Shown piece by piece: positions 45,668 to 55,728 of a stretch of 64,000 bases of DNA. The stretch is taken from positions 384,001 to 448,000 of the forward strand of contig JAGVWE010000002.1 of the NCBI GenBank assembly GCA_018304425.1, given 5' to 3'. Each line of letters opens with the position of its first letter. Position 1 is the stretch's first letter. The notes beneath the pieces are model-generated. The model was not told the DNA's origin. It made no database searches and saw only the letters and a list, made by a program, of their open reading frames with translations. The position numbers were made by a program, and so were the translations under genes. This stretch comes from Candidatus Iainarchaeum sp. GTDB taxonomy: Archaea; Iainarchaeota; Iainarchaeia; Iainarchaeales; UBA10219.

Positions 45668-48355
45668 ATGAAACGTTTTGCTTTCGCTTTTGAGGAGATG
45701 CGTGCTTCGCCTGAAACCGTTTTCTTGTTGGGAAACAAGGGCGCGCAACTCGCCGAGATGACCTCGATTGGTTTGCCGGTTCCCTTCGGTTTCACGATTT
45801 CCACGGATGCCTGCCGAGAGTTCTTCGCTGCCAAGGGCCAGTGGCCGAGCGGCTTGAAGGAGCAGGTGCGGGAAAAAATTGCCAGCCTGGAGAAAAAGGC
45901 CGGCAAGCAGTTTGGTTCCCGGGAAAACCCCCTGCTGGTTTCCGTGCGGTCAGGCTCTTATGTCTCCATGCCTGGCATGATGGACACGGTCTTGAACCTG
46001 GGTTTGAACGATGAAACCGTGCGGGGCCTGGCTACCCAGACCGGGAACGAGCGCATGGCTTTCGACTCTTATCGTAGGTTCATCCACATGTTTGCCGACG
46101 TGGTCATGGGCGTAAAACACGAACTGTTCGAGGAAGCCATCGCCGAACTCAAGCACAGCGTGAACGCGAAGTCGGACACCGACCTCTCCACTGGGCAGCT
46201 CCAGCAGCTCGTGGACCGGTATAAGGCCATCGTTACAGAATTCGCGGGGCAGTCTTTTCCGTCCGATGCCTGGGCGCAGCTGGAAATGGCGGTTTCCGCG
46301 GTCTTCCGCTCATGGTACAATGAGCGCGCCATCAAGTACCGGGAAATCAACAACCTGCGCCATGACGCGGGCACGGGTGTTACCGTGCAGTCCATGGTGT
46401 TCGGCAACATGGGAAACGACTCGGCCACCGGCGTTTGTTTCACGCGCAACCCGTCCACCGGGGCCAAGGAATTTTTCGGGGAGTTCCTCATCAATGCCCA
46501 GGGCGAAGATGTTGTTGCTGGCATCCGCACCCCCCAGCCCATCCAGGAGTTGGAGAAGTTCATTCCCTCTGCTTACCTGGAGCTGGTGCGCATTCAGGCC
46601 CTCCTGGAAACGCATTACAAGGATTTGCAGGACATCGAGTTCACGGTCGAGCACGGCAAGTTGTTCATGTTGCAGACCCGGGCAGGCAAGCGCACGGCGC
46701 AGGCCGCGGTCAGGGTCGCAGTGGACATGGTCAACGAGCGGCTCATTTCCCGGGAGGAAGCATTGTTGCTGGTAAAGGCCGAGCAGTTGGACAAGCTCTT
46801 GCACAAGCAACTGGATCCCGAGGCCAAGAAGAAGGCGCTGGTCATTGCCCGTGGCCTGCCGGCAAGCCCGGGCGCGGCGGTTGGCCAGGTCGTGTTTTCG
46901 GCGAGGAAGGTGGCGGAGCTCTTCAAGAAGGACAAGAATGCCCAGCTCATCTTGGTTCGGACGGAGACCAGCCCCGAGGACATTGAGGGCATGCACCTCG
47001 CGAAGGGCATCCTTACCGCGCGCGGGGGCCTCACTAGTCATGCCGCGGTCGTTGCGCGGGGCATGGGCAAGTGTTGCGTGGCGGGTTCCAACGACATCAT
47101 GGTCGAGGAAAAGAACAAGAAGTTCAAGGCCGGGGACTTGAACATCATGGAGTTGGAATGGGTTTCCCTGGATGGTTCGGCAGGCGAGGTTTACCTGGGC
47201 CAGTTGCCGGTTTCCGACCCCACGTTTTCCAAGGACTTCGAGATCCTCATGTCGTGGGCTGACAAGGTGCGTCGCCTGAAAGTCAGGGCCAACGCCGATA
47301 CCCCGGTTGACGCGCGGAAGGCGCGGGAGTTCGGTGCGCAGGGCATCGGCTTGTGCCGGACCGAGCACATGTTTTTTGAGAAGGGCCGCATTAAGGCGGT
47401 CAGGGAAATGATTGTGGCTCCTGACAAGGAGGGCCGGCTGAAGGCCCTGGCCAAGCTCCTGCCCTTCCAGAAAGGCGATTTCAAGGCCTTGTTCAAGGAG
47501 ATGAACGGCCTGCCCGTGGTTATTCGCCTCCTGGACCCGCCCCTGCATGAGTTCCTGCCGAAGAGCAAGAAGCAGTTGCTGGATCTGGCCGAAGAAATGG
47601 ATGTGCCCTACAAGAAGCTCCGCCGTGTCGTGAAGGGCTTGCACGAATGCAACCCCATGCTTGGGCATAGGGGCTGTAGGCTGGGATTGACGTACCCTGA
47701 AATAAACGAGATGCAGTGCAGGGCCGTTTTTGAAGCGGCTTTGGAGTGTGAGGCAGAAGGCTTTAGGCCCTTGCCTGAAATTGAGGTTCCATTGGTTGGT
47801 TTCGCGAATGAGTTGGTGGAAACCCGGAAAGTCATTGAACGCATTGCGCGGGAAACCGGGGTTGAAGGCAAAGTCCATTACAAGATTGGCACCATGATCG
47901 AGTTGCCGCGCGCCTGCGTGACCGCGGACGAGATCGCGCCCCACGCCGACTTCTTTTCCTTTGGCACCAATGATTTGACGCAGACCACCCTGGGTTTTTC
48001 GAGGGATGACGTCGGCAAATTCGTGCCCATTTTCCTGCAGCAGGGCATCCTGTCCAAGGACCCATTCCAGGTCATTGACCGGGAGGGAGTCGGAAAGCTC
48101 ATGCACACCTGCATCGAGAAGGGCCGTTCAGTCAAGCCTAGCCTCGAGGTTGGCATCTGTGGCGAGCACGGGGGGGAGGCGGAATCCGTGATGTTCTGCC
48201 ATGAACTGGGCTTGGATTACGTTTCTTGTTCGCCGTTCCGGATTCCCATCGCCCGCCTTGCCGCGGCGCAGGCCGTCATTCTCGAGGCCAAAGCCATTGA
48301 CGGAATAGGCGTCGTTAAACCCGTGGCCTCCCTGTCCCCCGTTGCCGAGCCCTGA
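45668..48355 (+). CDS. ppdK: Pyruvate, phosphate dikinase
   Basis: GNKGAQL, SMPGMMDT, GGLTSHAAVVAR, SFGTNDLTQ, GICGEHGG. Confidence 0.96.
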   Translation: MKRFAFAFEEMRASPETVFLLGNKGAQLAEMTSIGLPVPFGFTISTDACREFFAAKGQWPSGLKEQVREKIASLEKKAGKQFGSRENPLLVSVRSGSYVSMPGMMDTVLNLGLNDETVRGLATQTGNERMAFDSYRRFIHMFADVVMGVKHELFEEAIAELKHSVNAKSDTDLSTGQLQQLVDRYKAIVTEFAGQSFPSDAWAQLEMAVSAVFRSWYNERAIKYREINNLRHDAGTGVTVQSMVFGNMGNDSATGVCFTRNPSTGAKEFFGEFLINAQGEDVVAGIRTPQPIQELEKFIPSAYLELVRIQALLETHYKDLQDIEFTVEHGKLFMLQTRAGKRTAQAAVRVAVDMVNERLISREEALLLVKAEQLDKLLHKQLDPEAKKKALVIARGLPASPGAAVGQVVFSARKVAELFKKDKNAQLILVRTETSPEDIEGMHLAKGILTARGGLTSHAAVVARGMGKCCVAGSNDIMVEEKNKKFKAGDLNIMELEWVSLDGSAGEVYLGQLPVSDPTFSKDFEILMSWADKVRRLKVRANADTPVDARKAREFGAQGIGLCRTEHMFFEKGRIKAVREMIVAPDKEGRLKALAKLLPFQKGDFKALFKEMNGLPVVIRLLDPPLHEFLPKSKKQLLDLAEEMDVPYKKLRRVVKGLHECNPMLGHRGCRLGLTYPEINEMQCRAVFEAALECEAEGFRPLPEIEVPLVGFANELVETRKVIERIARETGVEGKVHYKIGTMIELPRACVTADEIAPHADFFSFGTNDLTQTTLGFSRDDVGKFVPIFLQQGILSKDPFQVIDREGVGKLMHTCIEKGRSVKPSLEVGICGEHGGEAESVMFCHELGLDYVSCSPFRIPIARLAAAQAVILEAKAIDGIGVVKPVASLSPVAEP

Positions 48356-48413
48356 AAAAGTGAGCCGGGCGCAGTCTTTTATAGGATGTATTTCCTACAT
48401 AGATGGGGTTTCG

Positions 48414-49724
48414 TTGGGTTTCTTGGACCGCTTTTTTGGCCGGATGGAACCGGTTCCGGACACTACTGCCATTTTGTTGCTCCCCGAATTCCTGGATTTC
48501 CTGGACAAGCGGGAGGCGGTCGAGTTCTCCGCATTGATGAAGCGGGTCTCGCCCAGGCTCAACGAGATTCAAACCGTTCAGGAAGAGTTGTCCAGGCAAT
48601 TGGATGATTTCAGGAAAAGGAACCTGGAACTTGAGGAAGGCCACACGCGGCTGCGCAAAATAGTGGAGAGTTCCAAGCGCGGCTTTCTTTTGGCCATGGA
48701 CACCGTGCTTGCGAAGACAAAGGTCCCAGATCTCGAAAATTTTGAGGCCGTGAAGGCCTTTGCCGCCGACTCGCTGGCGCTTCTTGAACGGGAAGTGGTT
48801 TCCTTTGGCAAGAACATCGTGTACACAGGCCTGGTCATGCGGCGCGAGTTGAAGGATTTCGGCAAGGCCCTTCAGGAATTCCAGTCCCTCCTGGTTGACC
48901 TCAACGGTTTGGTTGCCAAGTCAGCCCTCAACCAGGTCAGCCGGTGCCGGGCCGGGCTGAAAGACCTGCAAGCGTTGCTGGCCGAGCGCGGGAGCCTGAC
49001 CGAGAAGGCGGCCGCACTCGAAGCCCAATTAGCGGAACTACGGCAAAAAACGGATGACACTTCCCAAGAGCTTTCTCTGCTTAGGGCAAGCCCCGAGCTG
49101 GTGGAATGGGAGAAATTGGTCGGGCAGCGCGATGAACTCCTGGCCAGGCAAAGGGACTTGAAGAACCGGTTGGTGGGCTTGCTGGCCTTTGTCGACAAGC
49201 AACTCCGGCGGTTCTTGAAGCGGGTCCAGGCTGGGCATTACGGCTTGGACCCACGGCAGGCAAAGATCTTGGGCCTTTACCTGGAAAACCCCTTTGACGC
49301 CATCCGCGAGGACCCGGAGGCCAGGGAACTCAAGCGCCTGCTTTTGCAACTTAGGCCGCTGCTGGAAGCCGAGGACATCGGCGTAAAAGACGACCGAGAA
49401 CGTGAGCGAAAGCTTGCCACCTTGAACGAGCTAATTGCCCACGACTTTTTCACGGAAATCTTCTCGAAATTCAACGCCTTGGAAGCGGAGCTTTTCGCGC
49501 TCGGCCAACGACTTTCCGGCATGAAACTCGGCGACCAAATCATTGCCCGCGAGAAATGGCTGCATGGCCTTGAAGGCCTCAAGGCAAGTGCTGCTGAGGA
49601 GCTTTCCATGGTGCGTGCGCGCCTCACCGAAAATGAGGAACAGGTCATGCAGTGCAAGGGGCAAATAGAGACGCTGGTGCTTGCCGCCCTGCGCAGCCGC
49701 GTCATCCTCAAAGTGGACTTATAA
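48414..49724 (+). CDS. Long coiled-coil hypothetical protein
   Basis: Probable TTG start giving MGFLDRFFG; heptad-rich sequence. Confidence 0.75.
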   Translation: MGFLDRFFGRMEPVPDTTAILLLPEFLDFLDKREAVEFSALMKRVSPRLNEIQTVQEELSRQLDDFRKRNLELEEGHTRLRKIVESSKRGFLLAMDTVLAKTKVPDLENFEAVKAFAADSLALLEREVVSFGKNIVYTGLVMRRELKDFGKALQEFQSLLVDLNGLVAKSALNQVSRCRAGLKDLQALLAERGSLTEKAAALEAQLAELRQKTDDTSQELSLLRASPELVEWEKLVGQRDELLARQRDLKNRLVGLLAFVDKQLRRFLKRVQAGHYGLDPRQAKILGLYLENPFDAIREDPEARELKRLLLQLRPLLEAEDIGVKDDRERERKLATLNELIAHDFFTEIFSKFNALEAELFALGQRLSGMKLGDQIIAREKWLHGLEGLKASAAEELSMVRARLTENEEQVMQCKGQIETLVLAALRSRVILKVDL

Positions 49725-49756
49725 GCCAAGGTATAAGCCAAGGCCCTGGCCTGGCC

Positions 49757-50455
49757 TTACACCTGTTCAAAGAGGTCCTTGTTCGAAGCCACCAGGATAC
49801 CGTTCGGTGTGATTTCAATGGGGTGCAGCCTTTCCGCTATCTTCGTGTTCCGCATCTTGAGGATGGCCGTGCTCCGGACAAACCGGTCGTCTACCTTGGT
49901 GTGGTACAGCAGGATAACCCCGTCCGCGACATATTCTTCGAGGCCGTACAAGCTGGACTCCTTGTTGAGGCTGATTTCGTTCGTGATGACACTCGTTGCC
50001 CCAATCCGCTTCAGCATCTTGCCCAGGCCCAAGATGCGTTTCCTTGCATCCAATTCCCGTTCAAAGTAGAGCCTGAAAATGACTCCCGGGTCAATGACCA
50101 CGCGTTTGGCGTCGATTCGCGCTACGGTGTCCTCGATGGCGTCGCGCAGCTTGTCAAAATCGTACAATTCGATGGTGTTCACTTCGATCTTGTGGTCCTG
50201 GATGAGTTTCCGGAAGTCCCAGCCAAAGACCGAGCCCGTGTTCAGGATTTCTTCCTTGGTCTCCTCCAATGAGATGTATACGCCTGGCTCATTGAAATCA
50301 ACTACCCCGTTGTGGAGGAATTGGAGGCAAAAGATGGTCTTCCCGCTGCCTGGATCGCCGCTTAACACGATGAGGCTCCCCTTCGGGATGCCGCCATTGC
50401 AGAGCGCGTCAAATCCCGGAATGCCTGTTTGCGTCCGCTCGACCTCGACTTTCAT
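49757..50455 (-). CDS. KaiC/RAD55-like single-domain ATPase (motifs intact)
   Basis: GDPGSGKT, SLEE, VVID, LKMR. Confidence 0.9.
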   Translation of the reverse strand: MKVEVERTQTGIPGFDALCNGGIPKGSLIVLSGDPGSGKTIFCLQFLHNGVVDFNEPGVYISLEETKEEILNTGSVFGWDFRKLIQDHKIEVNTIELYDFDKLRDAIEDTVARIDAKRVVIDPGVIFRLYFERELDARKRILGLGKMLKRIGATSVITNEISLNKESSLYGLEEYVADGVILLYHTKVDDRFVRSTAILKMRNTKIAERLHPIEITPNGILVASNKDLFEQV

Positions 50456-50516
50456 GGAAACACATGAAACATTATTGTTTCCCTATATAAAGGTTTCTGG
50501 TAACCATTTGCTTGAA

Positions 50517-51149
50517 ATGCGGGCTGCCGGTTATTTCGAGGTAAAACGGTTAATGGACTTCCTTTTTTCCGCGTGTAGCCTCGTGGTTTTGCTCCCCTTG
50601 TTCGCCTTGATTGCCGTGGTCTTGTTCTTGGACAGCCCGGGCCCGGTCTTTTACCGCCAGGAACGCGTGACCCAGAAGGGCAAGCCCTTCCAGATATGGA
50701 AGTTCCGCTCCATGGTGCCTGGCGCGCGCGACCTCCAGTTCAGCCGAGGCATCCAGGCAGAAGCCCTAGTGACCCGCTTTGGGCGCTTGCTGCGCCGCAC
50801 CCACTTCGACGAGTTCCCGCAACTCATCAATGTCCTGCTCGGGGATATGAGCCTGGTCGGACCGAGGCCGCTCATGACCAAATGGGTTGGGGAACGCGCG
50901 CAGGCCAACCCCATGGCCTTGCAGCGGTTCAAGGTCAAGGCAGGCATGGCAGGCCTTGAACGGCTCTTCTTCCTGCTTCAAGACGATGCCCCCGCCCTGG
51001 CCCGCTTTTTCCCGGGCCTGGCGTCCTTCATTGGTTCCACTGACCTGGGCTACCTTGACAGCTATTACGTGAACCACGTTTCACCTGCATTGGACCTCAA
51101 AATCTTTGCCCTCACCTTTTACATGTCTTTGAAGCGCTTTTTCGGTTAA
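50517..51149 (+). CDS. Monotopic phosphoglycosyl transferase (bacterial sugar transferase family)
   Basis: [30 protein letters not shown]. Confidence 0.9.
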   Translation: MRAAGYFEVKRLMDFLFSACSLVVLLPLFALIAVVLFLDSPGPVFYRQERVTQKGKPFQIWKFRSMVPGARDLQFSRGIQAEALVTRFGRLLRRTHFDEFPQLINVLLGDMSLVGPRPLMTKWVGERAQANPMALQRFKVKAGMAGLERLFFLLQDDAPALARFFPGLASFIGSTDLGYLDSYYVNHVSPALDLKIFALTFYMSLKRFFG

Positions 51150-51184
51150 CCCCTTGAAGGGAGTTGGGGCAGGGAGAGGCCAGC

Positions 51185-51865
51185 CTATTTTCTTGCGGTG
51201 ACCAGGTAATTGACGCAGAAGGACTGTTGCCTGGGTTGGTCCAGCAGCAACCCGAGGACATTCGGCAACACGTAGAACGGGGCCTTGAAAAGATGCCAAA
51301 GCGTTTGGGAGAGGAAGCCAGGCCGCGGAATCCATTTGACGTAGATGTTGAACCACTGGATGAGCGAGGCAAGGGTTCCCACCTGGTTTTCGATGCGCAT
51401 GGTTCCATAGTCTTTGAAGAGTTCCCTGAAACCGTCCGGCGTGAACCGCCAGTTGTCCTCTGGTTCATTGTGAATGCGCCAGTTGCCGTGGGTGGTAAGG
51501 AAAACCATGCCACCTTTTTTCAGCACCCGGTGCATTTCCTTGACCACTTCAAACGGTTGCCGGACATGTTCGAGGACCTGCGTGCAAAGGATCACATCCA
51601 TGGATTGGTCCTTGAGGGGCAGTTGTTCCCCATAACCAAGCACGTCAATGCCGGTTGACTTCACGATGTCCAACCGCACCATTTGCCCGGCTTTCCCCTG
51701 GAATAGGTGCAAGTATTCCGGGTTCTGCGAGCCCAGGTCCAGCAAGGTTAGGCCGTGCCTGAACCTGAGTTCGCGTTCCACCGCCCGCCCAAGGCTTTTT
51801 CTGAGCCCGTTCAGTATGAGGAATTCGTACCGGAACAGGTGGCAGGGCTTTTGCTTGGGCGTCAT
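51185..51865 (-). CDS. Class I SAM-dependent methyltransferase
   Basis: LLDLG, QVLEHV, RVLKKGG, DNWRFT. Confidence 0.85.
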   Translation of the reverse strand: MTPKQKPCHLFRYEFLILNGLRKSLGRAVERELRFRHGLTLLDLGSQNPEYLHLFQGKAGQMVRLDIVKSTGIDVLGYGEQLPLKDQSMDVILCTQVLEHVRQPFEVVKEMHRVLKKGGMVFLTTHGNWRIHNEPEDNWRFTPDGFRELFKDYGTMRIENQVGTLASLIQWFNIYVKWIPRPGFLSQTLWHLFKAPFYVLPNVLGLLLDQPRQQSFCVNYLVTARK

Positions 51866-52950
51866 CGGCCCAGCACCTCCTCATAGACGTTCTCGATTGC
51901 TATTGTGGTTTTTTGGATGTCCAACCGTTTTTCGGCCGCCTTGCGCGCGTTTTTCCCGATGGCGCGTCGTAAGTCTTCGTTCGCCAGCAATTCTTCGAGG
52001 GTTTCCGCCAGTTTTTCCGCGTTCTTGGGTGGAACCAGTCGGCCCACCTTTTCCGAGTCAATGATCTCCGGGTTTCCACCAACAGTCGTTGCCACCGCCG
52101 GCTTGCCCATGGCAAAGGCCTCCAGTAGGACGTTGCTGAAGGCATCCCGGTAGGTGGAACTCAGGACAATGAGGTCGCTGGCGGCGTAGACTTTTTCCGG
52201 GCGCTTGACCTGGCCCGTGAAAACAGTCTTTGCCGCAATGCCAAGCCGTGCCGCCAGCCGCTTGAGGTTCCCGGCTTCGGAGCCGATTCCCACCACCATA
52301 AACCGTGCCCGTGGGAACTTTTTGGAGACGAGGGCACAGGCCTGCAAGAAGTAATCAAAGCCCTTGAGGCCGGCAAGCCGTCCCAGGCTGGTAATCACCT
52401 GGTCTTTGGCGTGCAGGCCATGCCGTTCCCTGAAGTCGGTTCCAGGCAGTTGAGGGTCAAAGGCCGAAACAGCGGTGCCAAAGTGGATGACCCTGAACCG
52501 GTTCCTGGGGACCGGGTACTTGAAGTAGTGCCGTTTCACGGCTTCCGATACGCAGATTAGCCGGTCTGCCAGCCAGGCCACGGGCACGTGTTTTTTCTTG
52601 AGCGGGTTTTCCCCCATCAACTGGCACACGCATTTCACGCCGCAGGCCTTGGCGGCCAGTACTGCCTCGGTGTTGGAGGCCAGTTCGTCGAAGGGGTGCA
52701 CGATGTCGGGCCTCGTTTTCCGGATGGCTTTCAGGATTTGGAGGAAGTTCTTCCACCCGTTCCGGGTTGGCCGGAATCTCAGCACCCTGGTGCCTTCCCG
52801 TTTGAGTTCGTTGGTCAAGTGGTTTTCAAAGCCCGTCAAGATGACGGCTTCCCATTTCCGTCTGTCAAGCGCTTTCACCAAATGGTATAAGCATACAATG
52901 CCCCCGCCCATTTCATGGCAGTAATCCACAAACAAAATTCTGGTGCGCAT
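51862..52950 (-). CDS. GT4 glycosyltransferase
   Basis: GRLAGLKG, DAFSNVLLEAFAMGKP. Confidence 0.9.
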   Translation of the reverse strand: MRTRILFVDYCHEMGGGIVCLYHLVKALDRRKWEAVILTGFENHLTNELKREGTRVLRFRPTRNGWKNFLQILKAIRKTRPDIVHPFDELASNTEAVLAAKACGVKCVCQLMGENPLKKKHVPVAWLADRLICVSEAVKRHYFKYPVPRNRFRVIHFGTAVSAFDPQLPGTDFRERHGLHAKDQVITSLGRLAGLKGFDYFLQACALVSKKFPRARFMVVGIGSEAGNLKRLAARLGIAAKTVFTGQVKRPEKVYAASDLIVLSSTYRDAFSNVLLEAFAMGKPAVATTVGGNPEIIDSEKVGRLVPPKNAEKLAETLEELLANEDLRRAIGKNARKAAEKRLDIQKTTIAIENVYEEVLGR

Positions 52951-53004
52951 TGCCACATGCTTGTTGTCCATACCCTTTAAATCTTTGTCCAAACCAATTC
53001 TGGT

Positions 53005-53913
53005 ATGGCCTCCAAGCCGTTTGCGTCCGTCATCGTGCCCACGTACAACCGGAAAGAATGCCTTGCCCGTTGCCTCCAAGGCCTGGCCCGCCAGTCGTTC
53101 ACAGATTTTGAAGTCATCGTGGTCGACGATGCGAGCACGGATGGAACGCCTGAGTCGCTGGGGCACCCCAATTACCGGGTGGTGCGGCTTGAAAGAAACC
53201 GGGGAGCGCCAGGTGCCAGGAATGCCGGAGTGAAAGCCGCACGGGGTGTGGTGGTTGCTTTCATTGACGACGATTGTGTCCCGGAGGCGGACTGGCTGGA
53301 AAAGCTGCTGCTGCCGTACCAGGACCAGGCAATCAGTGGGGTGGGCGGCAGAGTCAGGGTGTTGCCGGACAACTACATCTCCTTTGAAAACGGTTGCGTC
53401 GACCGGTTTGGAACGGTTTTAACGGTTCGGCCAATCGGCCGCTGTGCGCCCGGGTTCTACCCCTATTTTGTTACCTGCAATGCTTCCTTTCGGCGCGTGG
53501 CCCTTGAAGCCATTGGCTTATTCGACGAAGACTTCTTCTACTACGAGGAGCCCGATGTCTGCGTGCGATTGCTGAGAGCAGGCCATGCATTGGTCTTTGA
53601 AAACAAGGCATTGGTCTACCATCACGTCATCCCGGGAGGAAAATACCAGCAAGACAAATTTTATTGGATGGCGCGTGGCCGGCGCCGTTTTGCGCTCAAA
53701 AACTTTTCAAATGAACTAAGTGTGCTGGGCCTGGTTTTCTTTGAGGCCATCAACCTTGCCCGCAACGGGCGCCGGTTTGCATCCGGCTTGATTGGGTCAA
53801 GGAAACCCATTTCCCCGGCAAGAGTACTTTCCACCTTGAAAGGTGCCGTTGCCGGCTATGCCAGCGGCCTCGCCTTTTTGTCTACCCACCATCTGCCGCT
53901 CAGGTTTTTTTGA
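53005..53913 (+). CDS. GT2 glycosyltransferase (tandem paralog 1)
   Basis: IVPTYNR, VDDAS, FIDDD, FDEDFFYYEEPD. Confidence 0.9.
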   Translation: MASKPFASVIVPTYNRKECLARCLQGLARQSFTDFEVIVVDDASTDGTPESLGHPNYRVVRLERNRGAPGARNAGVKAARGVVVAFIDDDCVPEADWLEKLLLPYQDQAISGVGGRVRVLPDNYISFENGCVDRFGTVLTVRPIGRCAPGFYPYFVTCNASFRRVALEAIGLFDEDFFYYEEPDVCVRLLRAGHALVFENKALVYHHVIPGGKYQQDKFYWMARGRRRFALKNFSNELSVLGLVFFEAINLARNGRRFASGLIGSRKPISPARVLSTLKGAVAGYASGLAFLSTHHLPLRFF

Positions 53914-54809
53914 TGTCTAAAAAATCAACCGCGTCAGTCATTGTCATTACCTTTAACCGCCTTTCCCTCCTGCAGGCCTGCCTCGCTTCCCTTCGCCAGC
54001 AAACGGTCAAGGGCTTTGAAACGGTTGTGGTAAATAACGGTTGCACGGATGGAACTCCCAAGTGGCTTTCGTCTCGCCAGGGTCTTTCTGTCGTGAATCT
54101 GCCCCTGAATGCGGGCGTGGCCGCGGCCCGCAATGCCGGGGTGCAGGCTGCGAGGGGAGCTGTTTTGGTCTTCGTGGACGACGACTGCACGATGCCGATG
54201 GACTGGCTTGAAACGCTGTTGGCTGGTTATGCTTCGGAGGAAGTGAGTGGGGTGGGTGGCACGGTCCTCACCATTCCCGGGCAGCCTTCCTGGTTTGAGG
54301 GCGGGGGCGTCAACCGGTTTGGTTCGGTTGCCTTGGTTCACGCGGGAACGCCCTGCTTTTTCCCCTACCTGCCGGGTTGCAACATGTCCTTCCGCCGAGC
54401 TGCCTTGGAAGCCGTTGGCGGGTTTGATCCCAGTTTTTTTTACGGCTATGACGAGAGCGATGCCTGTATCCGCCTCCTCCAAGCCGGCCACCGGCTGGTG
54501 TTCGAAAGCAGGGCCTGCGTCTACCACCTCCCACCCCTTGAAGGAAAATATTTGCCCAGCAAATTCTATTGGTCTGCGCGGAGCCGCCGCTATTTCATGT
54601 TGAAAAATTTTTCGGAACGCCTTTCCTGGCCTGAAATCGGTTGCTTTGAAGCAGGCAATGCCTTGTGGAACCTCTACCGTTTCCTGGCTGGTTGCCTGGG
54701 GGTTCGCGGCCGCGTGCCCTTCCTGGAACTCCTTCCATCCCTTAAAGGGGCCATCGCAGGTTATTTGGCGGGGTTGAACCGTGTTTCCACGCATCCGAGG
54801 TTTTTCTGA
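53913..54809 (+). CDS. GT2 glycosyltransferase (tandem paralog 2)
   Basis: FVDDD, GCNMSFRR, YDESD. Confidence 0.9.
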   Translation: MSKKSTASVIVITFNRLSLLQACLASLRQQTVKGFETVVVNNGCTDGTPKWLSSRQGLSVVNLPLNAGVAAARNAGVQAARGAVLVFVDDDCTMPMDWLETLLAGYASEEVSGVGGTVLTIPGQPSWFEGGGVNRFGSVALVHAGTPCFFPYLPGCNMSFRRAALEAVGGFDPSFFYGYDESDACIRLLQAGHRLVFESRACVYHLPPLEGKYLPSKFYWSARSRRYFMLKNFSERLSWPEIGCFEAGNALWNLYRFLAGCLGVRGRVPFLELLPSLKGAIAGYLAGLNRVSTHPRFF

Positions 54810-55699
54810 TGCCGAAACCCCTGGCTTCTGTTGTCGTCGTCACCTTCAACCGCCTGGCCCTGCTTCAGGGCTGCCTGGCGGCCTTGCGCCGGCAAACCTG
54901 CCCTGACTTCGAGATAATCGTCGTCAATGGCGCCAGCGTGGATGGCACGAAAGACTTTCTCGCCAAACAATCCGAAATTCAAGTCATTAACCAGTTGGAA
55001 AACCGGGGCCTCTCCGAGTCCCGCAATGCCGGCATCCAAGCGGCGAAGGGCGAGATCGTGGTCTTCGTTGACGATGATTGCGTCATGGACGAAGGCTGGC
55101 TGGGGAAACTCCTGGCGCCTTACGCGGATCCAGGGGTTGCAGGCGTTGGAGGCAAAGTCATTGGCTTGCCAAGCCGCCGGGTGTTCTTCGATCACGGGGG
55201 CGTGGACTGCTTTGGCATCGTGCAAACCCTTCACGCCAAGTCAAGCGCTGGCTTCCATCCCTACTTGGCGGGTTGCAACATGTCCTTTCGTCGGAGTGTC
55301 CTTGACGTGGTCGGCTTCTTTGACGAAGCCTTTTTCTTGGGCTACGACGAAACCGACCTCTGCATCCGCATCCAGCACGCCGGTTACCGGCTGGTTTTCA
55401 ATGACGATGCGGCCATCTGCCACCACATCCATGTCGAGGGAAAACACGATTCCCACCGCTTCTATTGGAAGGCGCGCAGCCGCCGCCTCCTCATGTTCAA
55501 GAATTTCTGGGACGAAATCGGTTGGCGGAGGCTATTGATTTTTGAGGTGGTTAACCTTTGGCGGAACCTCTACCGTTTCCTGGCTGGTTGCCTGGGGGTT
55601 CGCGGCCGAAAGCCCGTGTCATGGGCCGAACTCTGGGCCACGTTGAGGGGCGCGTGGAGCGGGTATGGAGCCGGGCTCCGGCTGCTGCTGGTCCCTTAG
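54809..55699 (+). CDS. GT2 glycosyltransferase (tandem paralog 3)
   Basis: FVDDD, GCNMSFRR, YDETD. Confidence 0.9.
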   Translation: MPKPLASVVVVTFNRLALLQGCLAALRRQTCPDFEIIVVNGASVDGTKDFLAKQSEIQVINQLENRGLSESRNAGIQAAKGEIVVFVDDDCVMDEGWLGKLLAPYADPGVAGVGGKVIGLPSRRVFFDHGGVDCFGIVQTLHAKSSAGFHPYLAGCNMSFRRSVLDVVGFFDEAFFLGYDETDLCIRIQHAGYRLVFNDDAAICHHIHVEGKHDSHRFYWKARSRRLLMFKNFWDEIGWRRLLIFEVVNLWRNLYRFLAGCLGVRGRKPVSWAELWATLRGAWSGYGAGLRLLLVP

Positions 55700-55728
55700 A
55701 GGCACAAAATCCAGGCAAAAGCCTTTTA

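Noticed and set aside
40277-48106. Long opposite-strand ORFs (40277-41917, 42377-43411, 43387-44373, 46310-48106)
   Set aside because: Antisense shadows of well-supported genes in GC-rich sequence
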